Shown here: positions 11,193 to 23,190 of the stretch, in pieces
Layout of the letters: each line of letters begins with the position of its first letter
Position numbering within the stretch: position 1 is the stretch's first letter
Source: Octopus bimaculoides
Lineage: Eukaryota
Reading direction: 5' to 3'
Assembly: GCF_001194135.2 (NCBI RefSeq)
Contig: NC_068988.1
Span: forward strand, 31,204,154 to 31,241,191
DNA length: 37,038 nt
Notes under the pieces: generated by a model
Databases searched by the model: none
What the model was told of the DNA's origin: nothing
The model's input: the letters and a program-made list of their open reading frames with translations, nothing else
Made by a program: the position numbers and the translations under genes

Positions 11193-11632
11193 AAACATAC
11201 ATATTCTGTTTCTAATCCTTTAGGATATTCCTCCTGGCATCAATCATATTTTCGTCTTCTGTCTGGCCCTAAGGCCCTATTCTGTTTACTTATTTCATTT
11301 TTTTCGTAAGTCCACATTTCGTCTTGTTTTGTTTTCGTCTTCGTTCCTCGTCCGTCTACTATTCCTCTCGTCTTGGATACTATTTCNNNNNNNNNNNNNN
11401 NNNNNNNNNNNNNNNNNNNNNNNNNNNNNNNNNNNNNNNNNNNNNNNNNNNNNNNNNNNNNNNNNNNNNNNNNNNNNNNNNNNNNNNNNNNNNNNNNNNN
11501 NNNNNNNNNNNNNNNNNNNNNNNNNNNNNNNNNNNNNNNNNNNNNNNNNNNNNNNNNNNNNNNNNNNNNNNNNNNNNNNNNNNNNNNNNNNNNNNNNNNN
11601 NNNNNNNNNNNNNNNNNNNNNNNNNNNNNNNN

Positions 11633-11685
<53 letters not shown>

Positions 11686-12165
11686 TGAATAAAGAATGAG
11701 AGCACACACTTTCACACACGAATAGAAAGGCATAAAGGCGCACACTTACAAACCCACATAAATAGTTTTGTAATTATAAGGAAGATTGTTTTTTTCCACA
11801 CTTTATATTAGATTCTGATGTGTTTTAATTTTTTTCTGTTTTATTAATTATTGATCTATCTTATTTTCTCATTAGTCCTTGATGTTTGATTTGGAGCACT
11901 AACGTTCCTGAGTGCATGACTTTCTGTAGATAGTAACGCACTCGGTTACGTCTTAATGAAGTACCGATGATAATGACATTTTCCTTTGTCGTTTTTATGA
12001 AATAGGAAGAAATGATAATGAGAAAGAAGACATGAAAGCGATGAAATAATCACCGCCGAACATATGTTTAGCCATAAAATCGGAGTTAATTTCAGTGGTC
12101 AATAACTCTTCCTAGCTGTTTGTTTCAGTGGTCAATAAACTCTTCATATAATATTACTAAGAAAT

Positions 12166-12335
12166 GCGGGGCCGAGGGCTGCCAAAATCATTAGAGTGTC
12201 GGAGAAAATGCAATGTGGTATTTCTTCTGACATTCTTGTTCCAAATCTTGACGACGTTAACTTTGCCTTTCCATCTTTCAGAGTCGATAAAATAATGTAT
12301 CAGTCAAGTTCTGGGGTCGATGATGTGGAATACTC
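12166..12335 (+). mobile_element. SINE family B, strongly diverged
   Basis: ACTTTGCCTTTCCATCTTTCAGAGTCGATAAAATAATGTATCAG...CTGGGGTCGAT. Confidence 0.75.
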
Positions 12336-13879
12336 CCTTCAAAATTAATTCTGGACTTGATCCTATATACGGAACCAGTATTTTACCAAGAAATTGTATT
12401 TGTGTTAAGTTTTGATGTATATGTTACTATTAATATACATGGCACCGTCAATGTAGATTACTGTAGAATTCTATATACATGTATAATGTTATGCTATTAT
12501 TTTGGGAGATGGTCATATTTTTTGCAAATTAACCACACGCATTATATACTTGTTCTTCACTTCAGCCTTATTATTATTCTTATTTTAGTGTCCTTTGTCT
12601 GAAATCTTTCGTTACACATCATGTGACCTCTTTAACGAGTCTCCATCCCACGTGTCTCTTCATATCCTGTTTATAGTCCATTCTTGCAAAAACAAATACT
12701 TAAATGTAAGTTATATTATTAATTATTATTTTTTCTATGTTCTTTTGTTTCGTGTACTGCATTGTAATGTGCTACGACGGCTGCTTGCTATAAACGTAAA
12801 GTCAATCGGCAAGAAAATGTCATTCTTGTCTGTCTGACTAACAGAGTATATAGATTTCAATGCAAAAATGAGATTTGTAAACATGACTCTGACCTTTACA
12901 TAAGACATAAACGTATGGCACTTTCTCATCGGTTGACAATGTGTTTGCAACAACAATCCTTTGCAGCTAATTACAGTACAAACAAATTAAAGTAGAAACA
13001 GTACAAGCAAATAAATTAAAATAGAAAACAAATTAAAATAGAAAAAGGAATCATTAACTGATAATATATAAAATTCCACAAAAGTCCCCTTCATTATGAA
13101 TAATGCAAACGTAGGAATTAGAGACACACCATTCTTGTAATAGTCTAAATGCATTTATTAATCGCTAGAATTTACATATAACTAACAGTAAACATTTTAA
13201 ATCCATTGATGATGATTTTAATAGTTGCACAAATCATTACAATGATCTTTATTGATTATTCATACTTCATTCAGAAGATGAAAATGAAAAAGGTCTAGAA
13301 TAATAAATGTACTCTTGGACGAAGCTAATCATAAACGACAAATCGCAATATATGAAAAATCATTATTAAATTGGAACTCAGCCGTATCATCAATATAACG
13401 TTTCCAGCACACATTATATATGCTGGGATGCTGTAATTTAGATTCCCCTATCTTAGATACATATATAGTAGACAATATATATAGATTTTCTTCAATGTAA
13501 TCTCACTTTCTAAGCTTCTTTTATTCAATATTTAATTAAATTGGCTAAGTTACATGCTTCATGTTAACATCTTTATGAAGTCACGTTCCTTTTTTTAACT
13601 TTATTTTGTTGTAGAGATAGAACCAATCAAAAGTGAAATGGTTGTGCCAAAACTAGCCTCATCGCAATGGTTTGTAGTATTCAAATAGTTTCTGCCGTTT
13701 TTCATTCATTTCTATAAAGTATTTTGTTTTCAAATAATCTCCAAAAAAGTATTATAAACTGATTTGTAGAAAACCAATTACAGCAGAAAAATATAACTTC
13801 TGTATTTTTGGGCGCCTGAAAATGCTTTAATAAATGTTTCTAATTTTGGTAGAAAGCAGCAATTTTGAGAATAACAGAT

Positions 13880-14020
13880 ACGTCGATACCATAAATGCCA
13901 CGAAAGAATGAAAAGCAAAGGTGAACTTGGTGGGAATTTGAATCCAGAACATAAAGCAACGAACGTAAATGCCGCAAGATATTTTTCCGACGCTCTAAAA
14001 ATTCTGCTAACTCATCAATC
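13880..14020 (-). mobile_element. SINE family B, diverged 5' part
   Basis: GAAAGAATGAAAAGCAAAGGTGAACTTGGTGGGAATTTGAATCCAGAAC...ATTCTGCTAACTC aligns to the reverse complement of the family head. Confidence 0.72.
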
Positions 14021-14782
14021 TTGATGACATATAATAGATGAAATAAAGCAGAGGCAAGTCATTGGTGTAGTACCGATTTTTCGTAGCATCCTTGCTACTT
14101 CACAGTCATTGAAAAAGCTTTGGAAAATGTATATACATTAAAATATCTTCTGTCTACTCATTAAATTTGCGCACAATGTTCCCAGTTGGAGAATCATATG
14201 GCGACACATTTCTATGGGACACTGTGAAGTTCATACTTGCTTTTAACGATGCTTAAGGGAAAACCAAATCAACGAGTCAACAATGAAGTCTCTATGTTAT
14301 TGCTTTATTTGCTGGAAATATCAGACAAATTTTCTCACAATCATAAGAAACAAAAGGGCACAGCCAGTAATGTAATCGGAGATACCGTGTCTGAAAAAGG
14401 AAGGTACAGCTGTTGATAAAACGCCTTTGATAAGCTTCCTTAAACAGGTGTTTACTTGGTGTTGAATACCAGTAAAATACCAATTTCTCTTAGTAGACGT
14501 TATCCATACATTGCTGATCTGAGTCGCAACAAGTAAATCGACACCGTATTTTTTCTGTTTGTTCAAAATTATTTCACTGCTACAAGAAAACGTTCCTCTC
14601 TTGAATCTGTGAGAAAGCCTCCAACAGAACATGTACAAATAGCATCGAAATCTTCCTCAAATTATATGGTAAGATCTTAAAAAAATGAAGACACATAATA
14701 AAGATGTGATGGGTGCAGATAAGACCTATGTATCTGCAGTTCGTTATTAGGGCTAACTGTGGGGTAAACAAAAAGAACAAGA

Positions 14783-14903
14783 GCAACAACAACAACAACA
14801 ACAACAACAGCAGCAGCAGCAACAGCAGCAGCAGCAACAGCAACAACAACAACAGCAGCAGCAGCAACAGCAGCAACAGCAACAATAGCCACAACAGCAA
14901 CAA
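14783..14903. repeat. Interrupted (CAA/CAG)n trinucleotide repeat
   Basis: Direct reading; the poly-Q frame is closed by stops on both sides. Confidence 0.95.
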
Positions 14904-17132
14904 CTTTACATTATACTGTTACATATATTTATTGTGTTCTTCTATAATCATATCGGGTTGATTTGATCCTCAGAAAATCTACATGGATTATTAATATGCT
15001 TTGGAAAAAATCCCCTGTTTTATGCATTTTGCTTAATAAAGTGTATTTATATTTAGTAGTTAACTATGTCGGAGTACTGTGCGCTATCTCAACTTACAAA
15101 TATCCTTTCGTCTTGGTTGCATCACAATTTAGAATATTGATAATTCTTACAAGTAAAGATTGAGGTTTGTTGTTGTCTTGGTTTGTAGCATACTTTGCAC
15201 CATCAAATTTGTGTTATCAGCAAGACCTAGAATTGTGGATGTTTCCCCTATAATCAAAACCCCTGTTGATTGATTGTTCGTTGGTTCAGTTCTTACGTAT
15301 TACTATGCAATCCCATTTTTAAATGCATTTAATATATTTTGAATACGTTTGCATATTTGATAAATTTTAAATGTGTTTTTATAAATTGATTTGCACACTA
15401 GGCTATTGGTGTCAGGCACACAACGGAAGAAAGAAGTAGGGGATACTGTACGTTCTCGTGATGATCATTCTGGAAAAAGTTATGAATATTGTCTAGTTTG
15501 CTGATAAAAAAAAATTGTAAGCATTGAACTGCTTCCTTCGAACGAGGGGAGACAGAAGGATCCCTATAAATCATATACTCGCATTTGGACTTGTCATTTT
15601 GGTACAATCAATTGGTTATCTTGTTTCAACAGTCGAAATAGAATGGAATGTAAGGAAACAGTGAAGTAAAAAAAAAATGAATACTGAATTTTGGAAAATG
15701 CAAATACTTCAGGAGGAAGATTCTTCTTACCTCACAAGTTTTAATCAAATATAACACTGATATGGTTGTTCGTAGTGAATCTCGTTTTCTTGGGGGCTGG
15801 ACACTAGAAGAAATAAGAGAAAGTCATATGTTTTATTGAATAGGCAAGGAAGAAATATAAAAATAAATCATCTGATGCTGGGTTTACAATAAAAACTATT
15901 ATTGAAAAACGACTTTCATTCCTTCCCCATTGTTCAAGTGATTGCATTATAACTATCTGTAGATCTGAAAGATAGTAACACAACATATGTAGTAAGCTGC
16001 TTTGCTCTGACGATCCTATGCTATAAACGTGACAGCGGTTTTTCATGGTAGCATTCATTGTGCAAACTCTAATGTATCTCATAATTACGAGATCCTTCTT
16101 GATGGTGATTTTTAAGGCTAAGGTACGATATTATATTGATACTTAGTCTACTGTAACTGGTAAGCACGATGTAGGAAAAAAAATGAACAGCATTGAATAT
16201 TGTCCTTTTGTAATGAACTTCATTTCTCTGTTCAAGCAACCAAATAACCATAAAACAATTTGATTGCAGCTACGCTCCAACCACAAATATTTAATTGAAA
16301 GCATAATCACCAGAAAAAATTATTAGAAAAGTGATTTTCTAATTCGTTCCTTACATCAACTTGCTGGCTGTCGGATTTCTTTATGCAGCAAATTTCAGGA
16401 AAATAGCGATATCTAGAAATATAAAAGTCAAGTCACTCAAAGCTAAGAATAGGTAATGTACATTTTCAGAAAAAAGTAACCTAGAAGCAACTATTCGAAA
16501 TGTTATTATAACAGGAAGTACTGAAAGGTAGCAGTACCTCAAAGAAGCAACATATGCTTATTGTAAATCCTACGAATAGCTACAGCGTAAGCTTCAGCAT
16601 TGGTTCGACGAATACAACTTTAACGTTGTCCCTTTTAGACTACTGTTATCCAGTACTTTTGCGTATTATGTACAGAAGTATTGAACATAGCAGAAAAACG
16701 GCAAGCGACTTAGGTTGAGAAAAATAGGTTAGTGCTAACGACTTTATGAAGTCTGATAAAAAACAAAGAAGGTATTCTTAGGAAATTATAAATTATAATG
16801 TTAAGTTAAACAGGTAAACAGTTTTTCATGCTGCACTGTAAGGTCAGGATGAAATCCATTGCCAAAATGGAGGAAGCTAGCCAAAACTGTGAAACTATAA
16901 CAAATTGGCTAGACCTTGGCAAACCTTTATAAGCAGAGATAATTGTACCCCAGCCAGTTTTTGTTACAGTGTTTTCTGTGAGACAAAGTTGCTCAATTGG
17001 ATTCTGGAAGCTATGATTGCCTGTTTAGTTTATGCACATTGTGCTTTGTGTTAGGCATTTATAGATTTATTTTATGCTCCAGGAACTCGGCAGAGCTTTT
17101 GTTAGATTTAAAATAATTTCTGTGTCACATTT

Positions 17133-17338
17133 GGGTCCAAGGTTCGAAAACCGAATTTGTACTAAAATGGAAATCCAGATTTTTGGAATCCATCTTTTTG
17201 AAAAATCAAATTTTTGAGGCCAGGTTTTGTGTGAGGCTAATTTTGGTGAAACCAAAAATTGTGAATCCAGAGTTATGGATCCAAGTTTGTGAAATCAAGA
17301 TGGTGAAGCCGGGATTCGGAGTCCGAATTTCTGAACTT
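17133..17338. repeat. Degenerate 14-15 bp minisatellite, about 15 units, consensus roughly GTGAATCCAGATTTT
   Basis: Core CC/TC dinucleotide recurs at 17137, 17151, 17175, 17190, 17206, 17220, 17237, 17252, 17267, 17281, 17295, 17309, 17323. Confidence 0.75.
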
Positions 17339-17797
17339 GCGTTTTGTTCGTGTATATATTTGTTTTGTATATAAGCTGTTTTTTAAGCTGACTATTGTTC
17401 AGAATATTTTACAAAATATTTCCTGGCGTGTTGTTGTTTTGGGTTTACTCTATCCTCGTTGATTCCGTAAATTCGGGTTATGGCCGCCAGGTTGTAACAG
17501 TATGCAGAGAATATCACTCAAATTTAATCTGTAGCAGATAGGAAGGGAATAAAGGCATGCTATGGAAGTTCAAAAAAAGGTCTATGGAGTACATAACTAC
17601 GGTCCATTTGTCGTAAATAAGATTAAGGGAAACACCTGCCTTGTTGAATGCTATGCAAAGGTCACCCACAGTTATTGGCTGCCTGATGTTATCTTTAAGT
17701 GAACAAGCTCTTGCTATTGGATATACACCAGGAATTCCATAGCATCAGTAGGGTCTATATAATTAGATAAATGATAGAAAATAGAATGAACGGCATA

Positions 17798-18150
17798 CAG
17801 GGTGGGTTAAAAGGTATCCGACTTTTGTCGTGTGGGCAAAATCGTTTTACCAAATGCTTCGTGATGTTCAAACAGGCCTTTGGCAATGATGTTATGAGCA
17901 AAACTCAAAACAAAGAGTGATACAACCGCTTTTAACATGGCCGCATTTCAGTGGAGAGCGAGACACGTTCAGGCAGGCCATCCACACGCCGAAGCGAGGA
18001 GTCGATTCAGAAGGTTCGGTGAATAGTCATGGAAGGCCATCGTGTAAAATCAAGAAATTTCTCAAATAAGTGGAAATAAACGCAGAATTAGTGCGTTCCA
18101 TTTTAACGGAGAATTTGTGCTTACGGAGAATGTCGACATAAATTTGTAAG
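17798..18150 (+). mobile_element. Mariner transposase pseudogene, N-terminal HTH region only
   Basis: NDVMSKTQNKE*YNRF*HGRISVESETRSGRPSTRRSEESIQKVR*IVM, then after a frameshift VEINAELVRSILTENLCLRRMST; matches the mariner pattern W(Y/F)xRFxxG..SxEDxxRSGRP; begins TA|CAGGGTGG. Confidence 0.88.
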
Positions 18151-18371
18151 ACATTCCAAATATTCTCCATCTGAGATTCTTTAGGTGAATAGATGCAGGC
18201 ACTTGGTTGTAAGCATTGATAGTTTAACTCACATACCAACTCAGCCACATATCTTCAAACACCGTGAGCACTCTTAACTCAAAAAGTCTAGTCACTTTGT
18301 TAGTGACCATCTTGACTTCTCGTAAGAACTTGAGAAAAGCTGAAAGAAAAACAAATTAAAACAACATACAT

Positions 18372-18372
18372 G

Positions 18373-18441
<69 letters not shown>

Positions 18442-18485
18442 GTCTGTCTGTCATTCTGTCTTTGTATATACATATATATATATGT

Positions 18486-18555
<70 letters not shown>
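18372..18555. repeat. (TCTA)n, (CA)n and (TA)n microsatellites
   Basis: Direct reading. Confidence 0.95.
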
Positions 18556-19025
18556 CTTACATGTACACATAATTATATATTTATATATGTATGTGTATAT
18601 ACATGCATACGCACATATATATGCAAGTACGCTTATACGTCAAAACTACTCACAACAATGATACACGCTCATGGTTATATGCATATGTTTGTGTGTGTGT
18701 GTGAGTACTCATTTATATATGTGTATGCGTGTGAGCTTATGTGAGTCTCAGTGTGTCTGAATACGTCTCCAAGACTGTTGCAGTCACTATAATTTGAAAT
18801 ATATGCCCCAAAATCAATACACCTCATTATATTTTGAAAGTAGAATCAAAGTAATTTTTTCTCATTAATTAGCGATGTTTAAGTAAATTTGTAACTTTCA
18901 GAATATTTACTGATAAACTTTGTTTATTATGGAAACTTTTCGAACCTAAACTATGAATGTCGAATAAAATGGCGAGGCTGGTAAGATAATATCATTCATT
19001 ACGCGTAATGGAATAATTCAATATG

Positions 19026-19027
<2 letters not shown>

Positions 19028-19056
<29 letters not shown>

Positions 19057-19103
19057 CATACATACATACATACATACATGCATGCATGCATGCATACATA
19101 CAT
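19028..19103. repeat. (CATA)n/(CATG)n array at the RTE 3' tail
   Basis: Direct reading; a matching (CATA)n array lies at 19351-19385. Confidence 0.95.
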
Positions 19104-19350
19104 GATGGCCGTCCACTCGTGACCGAGGATGACTATTGCTGACATTTCAGGAACATTGTGCGCTCTAGGACTAACTTATATTTTGCGGTTGCAGCTTTGA
19201 CAAGCATACACGACAGTAAACATTTCAAACCAATCTTTCCCTATTCACTACACCAGCAGTGCGCTTTCGGGCAGCACGCTTAAATTCTTCATCCATAATA
19301 CGTGCTCTCTCAAAGGTGTCGACTCCCTCCTTAACCTTCCTTCTTCGTCT
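19104..19350 (-). mobile_element. RTE-clade LINE, 5'-truncated 3' end
   Basis: Minus frame RKVKEGVDTFERARIMDEEFKRAARKRTAGVVNRERLV*NVYCRVCLSK is the RTE C-terminal helix plus decayed zinc motif; followed by a short 3' UTR ending CACGAGTGGACGGCCATC and an (ATGT)n tail. Confidence 0.82.
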
Positions 19351-19356
19351 CATACA

Positions 19357-19391
<35 letters not shown>

Positions 19392-20266
19392 TTTGGAGAA
19401 TGTGTGGGTGATCATGTGTGTGTTTCAAGCGAGGGTGGATGACTATATACATATAGGCGCATGTACGAGGTTGTGCGAGCGCGCATGTGTATGTATGGAC
19501 TGGTGCACTTTCCCTCCCCTCACTTAGCGGTCATTCTAATAGCTCTTTTGTCTTAATAACGGTCAACCACACAGTAATTTGCCTTTGTTTAACGGTCATT
19601 TTCAGAGCAAGTTTCAATGCCCAGATAACTGAAGAGATGACGGCGTGGGTTTCCGGCCCGGCATCCGAAACTCGGAGTTTTATCATGGCTACCGAATAAT
19701 TGTCACNNNNNNNNNNATATATATATATATATATATAAAAATATATATATATATAATACAATATAAAATAGACATGTACGAGTATTCACTTTTCACGCGA
19801 AATTGACTACGGAAATTGCTTCCATACTTGGGATGCATGAATAATTTGATCTCGGATGCATAATAGGCTCTTCAGTTAATTTTTGTATTAAAAATATATA
19901 ATATTGCTTTATATATATGATTTACTTCTTTAAAAAGGTTTCTCAATGTCAACTTCCGGTAATGATGTGCCAACGGTAAAATTTTTCGCTTTCATTTGCA
20001 AATTCTCTCACTCTCCATTTTAATATTTTCATTTCAAGTTTTAATTCGCTATTTGCAAACAACTACGATAAATTACTGAAAAAATATTTACCAAGTTTAC
20101 AAATTTAAATATTCGGTACAAGATAGATTTTAACGAGCTTTTATTTACACGAATTTTTCATTTCATTTTTATTTCATTCATTGTTTGTAATTTTCTCTTT
20201 CCTCTCTCTCTCTTTCACATGTACACACTGTCTCTCTACTATAAACACGCACTGTCTTTCTAATAT

Positions 20267-20315
<49 letters not shown>

Positions 20316-20758
20316 NNNNNNNNNNNNNNNNNNNNNNNNNNNNNNNNNNNNNNNNNNNNNNNNNNNNNNNNNNNNNNNNNNNNNNNNNNNNNNNNNNNNN
20401 NNNNNNNNNNNNNNNNNNNNNNNNNNNNNNNNNNNNNNNNNNNNNNNNNNNNNNNNNNNNNNNNNNNNNNNNNNNNNNNNNNNNNNNNNNNNNNNNNNNN
20501 NNNNNNNNNNNNNNNNNNNNNNNNNNNNNNNNNNNNNNNNNNNNNNNNNNNNNNNNNNNNNNNNGAGAGAGAGAGAGAGAGAGTGAGAGAGAGTGAGTGA
20601 AGGGATGTCTTGTCATGTGTACGTACATGCATAAATACATATACATACATCTTTTTTGTATGTATGTGTGCGTGTGTGTGTGTGAGAGAGATGTCTAAGT
20701 GACACACTCCCTCTCTCTCTCACACATACACACGTCCATTTTATCTGATATATGATTT

Positions 20759-20799
<41 letters not shown>

Positions 20800-20939
20800 G
20801 TGTGCGTGCGTGTGGTTTCTACAATCGTTATTTATTTCAGCCACTCTTGTGAAGATATTCACATTACTCATTTTTTTCATTTAATCCCCATTTTAATTTT
20901 CAGAAAGTTTCCGAGAGCAATGTTCTCACTCTCTGCAAG

Positions 20940-21971
20940 AGGAGACTGGGTAAATATAGACGATCAGTATTCTACAGTGAAGCAAAAACGTGTACAGGTA
21001 GCCAGAGTCAAATATATAAACAAACGTTTAGATGCTGCATCATACACTGTTATGCAGAATGGCAGTCAGCAGATAAATATAAATGACGAAGTTGCATAAT
21101 ATTGTCAGTGACAATGAGGATTTTTGGTGCAACTTCAATTTTCCCATTCATGAGAGGCACCCAGCCATCATTCATCTGAGTGTCCATCTAGAGAATAGCC
21201 ACAGGGTTATCTTTACAAAACAACCAACCTTGCAACAAGCACTTTCTCCAAAAGAAACAACCCTTACTGCATTTTTTAAGTTGTGTCAAGTGAATGAAGA
21301 TGCTAGAAAACTCTTTTACCCTGAATCACCGAAGTATTACACCTGGAGAAACAATAAATGGCACAAAAGGAAACGTGGGGCTCACTCACTTGCAAGAGTT
21401 TACAGTGTCCTGTTACATACGGCTCTTTTTGCATGAAGTACGTGGGCCCAAATCATTCCAAGATTCGAGGAGGGTAAATGGTCACGTGTGCAAAACTTAT
21501 ATAGGGAAGCATGCTATGAACAAGGTTGTTTTAGAAAATGATGAGCATAGGGATCTTCGATTGACTGAAGCATTAGTAACAGATTCTCCAAGGAAACTCC
21601 ATAACCTTTTTTGCAATTATACTGAATATGTGTCAACTTGGCAGTCCCCTACAGCTTTGGATGAAACATCGTGAGGACATGGCTGACGACTTAAAGCATG
21701 CAGTTCAACAGGCAAATCCAGATATCAATGTTCAGTTCTCTGAAGCAATTTTTAAGTGATTGAAATTGTGGATCAAGTTTTGGCCACGGGAGGCAAACAT
21801 GTGCAAGAGTTTGACTCTGGATTGCCAAAAACAAACTATTAAATTAATGATTAAACTACACGAGACAACAAGAGAGACAAATTATGACATCACAGAGTGG
21901 GCTGCATTTGTGAATGAACATGAACCTAAACTTCTTTCAGAACAACTATGTGCATATGATAAAATTATTTC
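20940..21971 (+). mobile_element. Helitron Rep/helicase pseudogene fragment (end of Rep domain to just before the helicase)
   Basis: KYINKRLDAA (Rep tyrosine motif region), NFPIHERHPAIIHLSVHLENSHRVIF, TTLTAFFKLC, PKYYTW, RLFLHEVRGPKSFQD, RETNYD...EPKLLSEQLCAYDKII; several frameshifts and stops; runs into the N-gap where the PIF1-like Walker A would begin. Confidence 0.93.
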
Positions 21972-22888
21972 NNNNNNNNNNNNNNNNNNNNNNNNNNNNN
22001 NNNNNNNNNNNNNNNNNNNNNNNNNNNNNNNNNNNNNNNNNNNNNNNNNNNNNNNNNNNNNNNNNNNNNNNNNNNNNNNNNNNNNNNNNNNNNNNNNNNN
22101 NNNNNNNNNNNNNNNNNNNNNNNNNNNNNNNNNNNNNNNNNNNNNNNNNNNNNNNNNNNNNNNNNNNNNNNNNNNNNNNNNNNNNNNNNNNNNNNNNNNN
22201 NNNNNNNNNNNNNNNNNNNNNNNNNNNNNNNNNNNNNNNNNNNNNNNNNNNNNNNNNNNNNNNNNNNNNNNNNNNNNNNNNNNNNNNNNNNNNNNNNNNN
22301 NNNNNNNNNNNNNNNNNNNNNNNNNNNNNNNNNNNNNNNNNNNNNNNNNNNNNNNNNNNNNNNNNNNNNNNNNNNNNNNNNNNNNNNNNNNNNNNNNNNN
22401 NNNNNNNNNNNNNNNNNNNNNNNNNNNNNNNNNNNNNNNNNNNNNNNNNNNNNNNNNNNNNNNNNNNNNNNNNNNNNNNNNNNNNNNNNNNNNNNNNNNN
22501 NNNNNNNNNNNNNNNNNNNNNNNNNNNNNNNNNNNNNNNNNNNNNNNNNNNNNNNNNNNNNNNNNNNNNNNNNNNNNNNNNNNNNNNNNNNNNNNNNNNN
22601 NNNNNNNNNNNNNNNNNNNNNNNNNNNNNNNNNNNNNNNNNNNNNNNNNNNNNNNNNNNNNNNNNNNNNNNNNNNNNNNNNNNNNNNNNNNNNNNNNNNN
22701 NNNNNNNNNNNNNNNNNNNNNNNNNNNNNNNNNNNNNNNNNNNNNNNNNNNNNNNNNNNNNNNNNNNNNNNNNNNNNNNNNNNNNNNNNNNNNNNNNNNN
22801 NNNNNNNNNNNNNNNNNNNNNNNNNNNNNNNNNNNNNNNNNNNNNNNNNNNNNNNNNNNNNNNNNNNNNNNNNNNNNNNNNNNNNNNN
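21972..22888. other. Largest assembly gap; others at 6812-7042, 11387-11632, 19707-19716, 20316-20564, 26700-27213, 28489-29076, 30706-31519
   Basis: N runs, most bordered by a microsatellite on at least one side. Confidence 0.97.
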
Positions 22889-22974
22889 ATATATATATAT
22901 ATATATATATATAGTGTGAGTGAGTACGTTGATACGTATACATGTACGCATATGTGTGTGCGTGTATATGTATC

Positions 22975-23110
22975 TGTGTGCGTTTGTCTCATCGTCCCGT
23001 GACAATTGTTATTAGATACTTTCCGTCTCAGTAACGTAGCGGTTCGGTAAAAAGGTTCGATGGAACAAGTACCAGATCCAGATTAAGTGCTGGGTACTAT
23101 TTGCAACAAC
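22975..23110 (+). mobile_element. SINE family A, diverged 3' half
   Basis: GTAACGTAGCGGTTCGGTAAAAAGGTTCGATGGAACAAGTACCAG vs 36517-36560 GTAACTTAGCGGTTCGGCAAAAGAGACCGATAGAATAAGTACTAG. Confidence 0.78.
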
Positions 23111-23158
23111 TTGCCTGAACCCACATACTGAATAATATGTGTGTCGGTGTCTGTGTAC

Positions 23159-23190
<32 letters not shown>

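Noticed and set aside
12770-12995. About 75 open codons (CYKRKVNRQENVILVCLTNRVYRFQCKNEICK...) without a start
   Set aside because: No good acceptor, no recognisable homology; compatible with chance.
14783-14903. Poly-Q coding exon
   Set aside because: The Q frame has a stop a few codons upstream and TAG within the tract end; no convincing splice sites.
15399-15435. YWCQAHN resembling an Ig-domain F strand
   Set aside because: Only 11 codons before a stop; no other Ig features.
16846-16880. DEIHCQNGGS resembling an EGF repeat
   Set aside because: Followed immediately by a stop; remaining cysteines absent.
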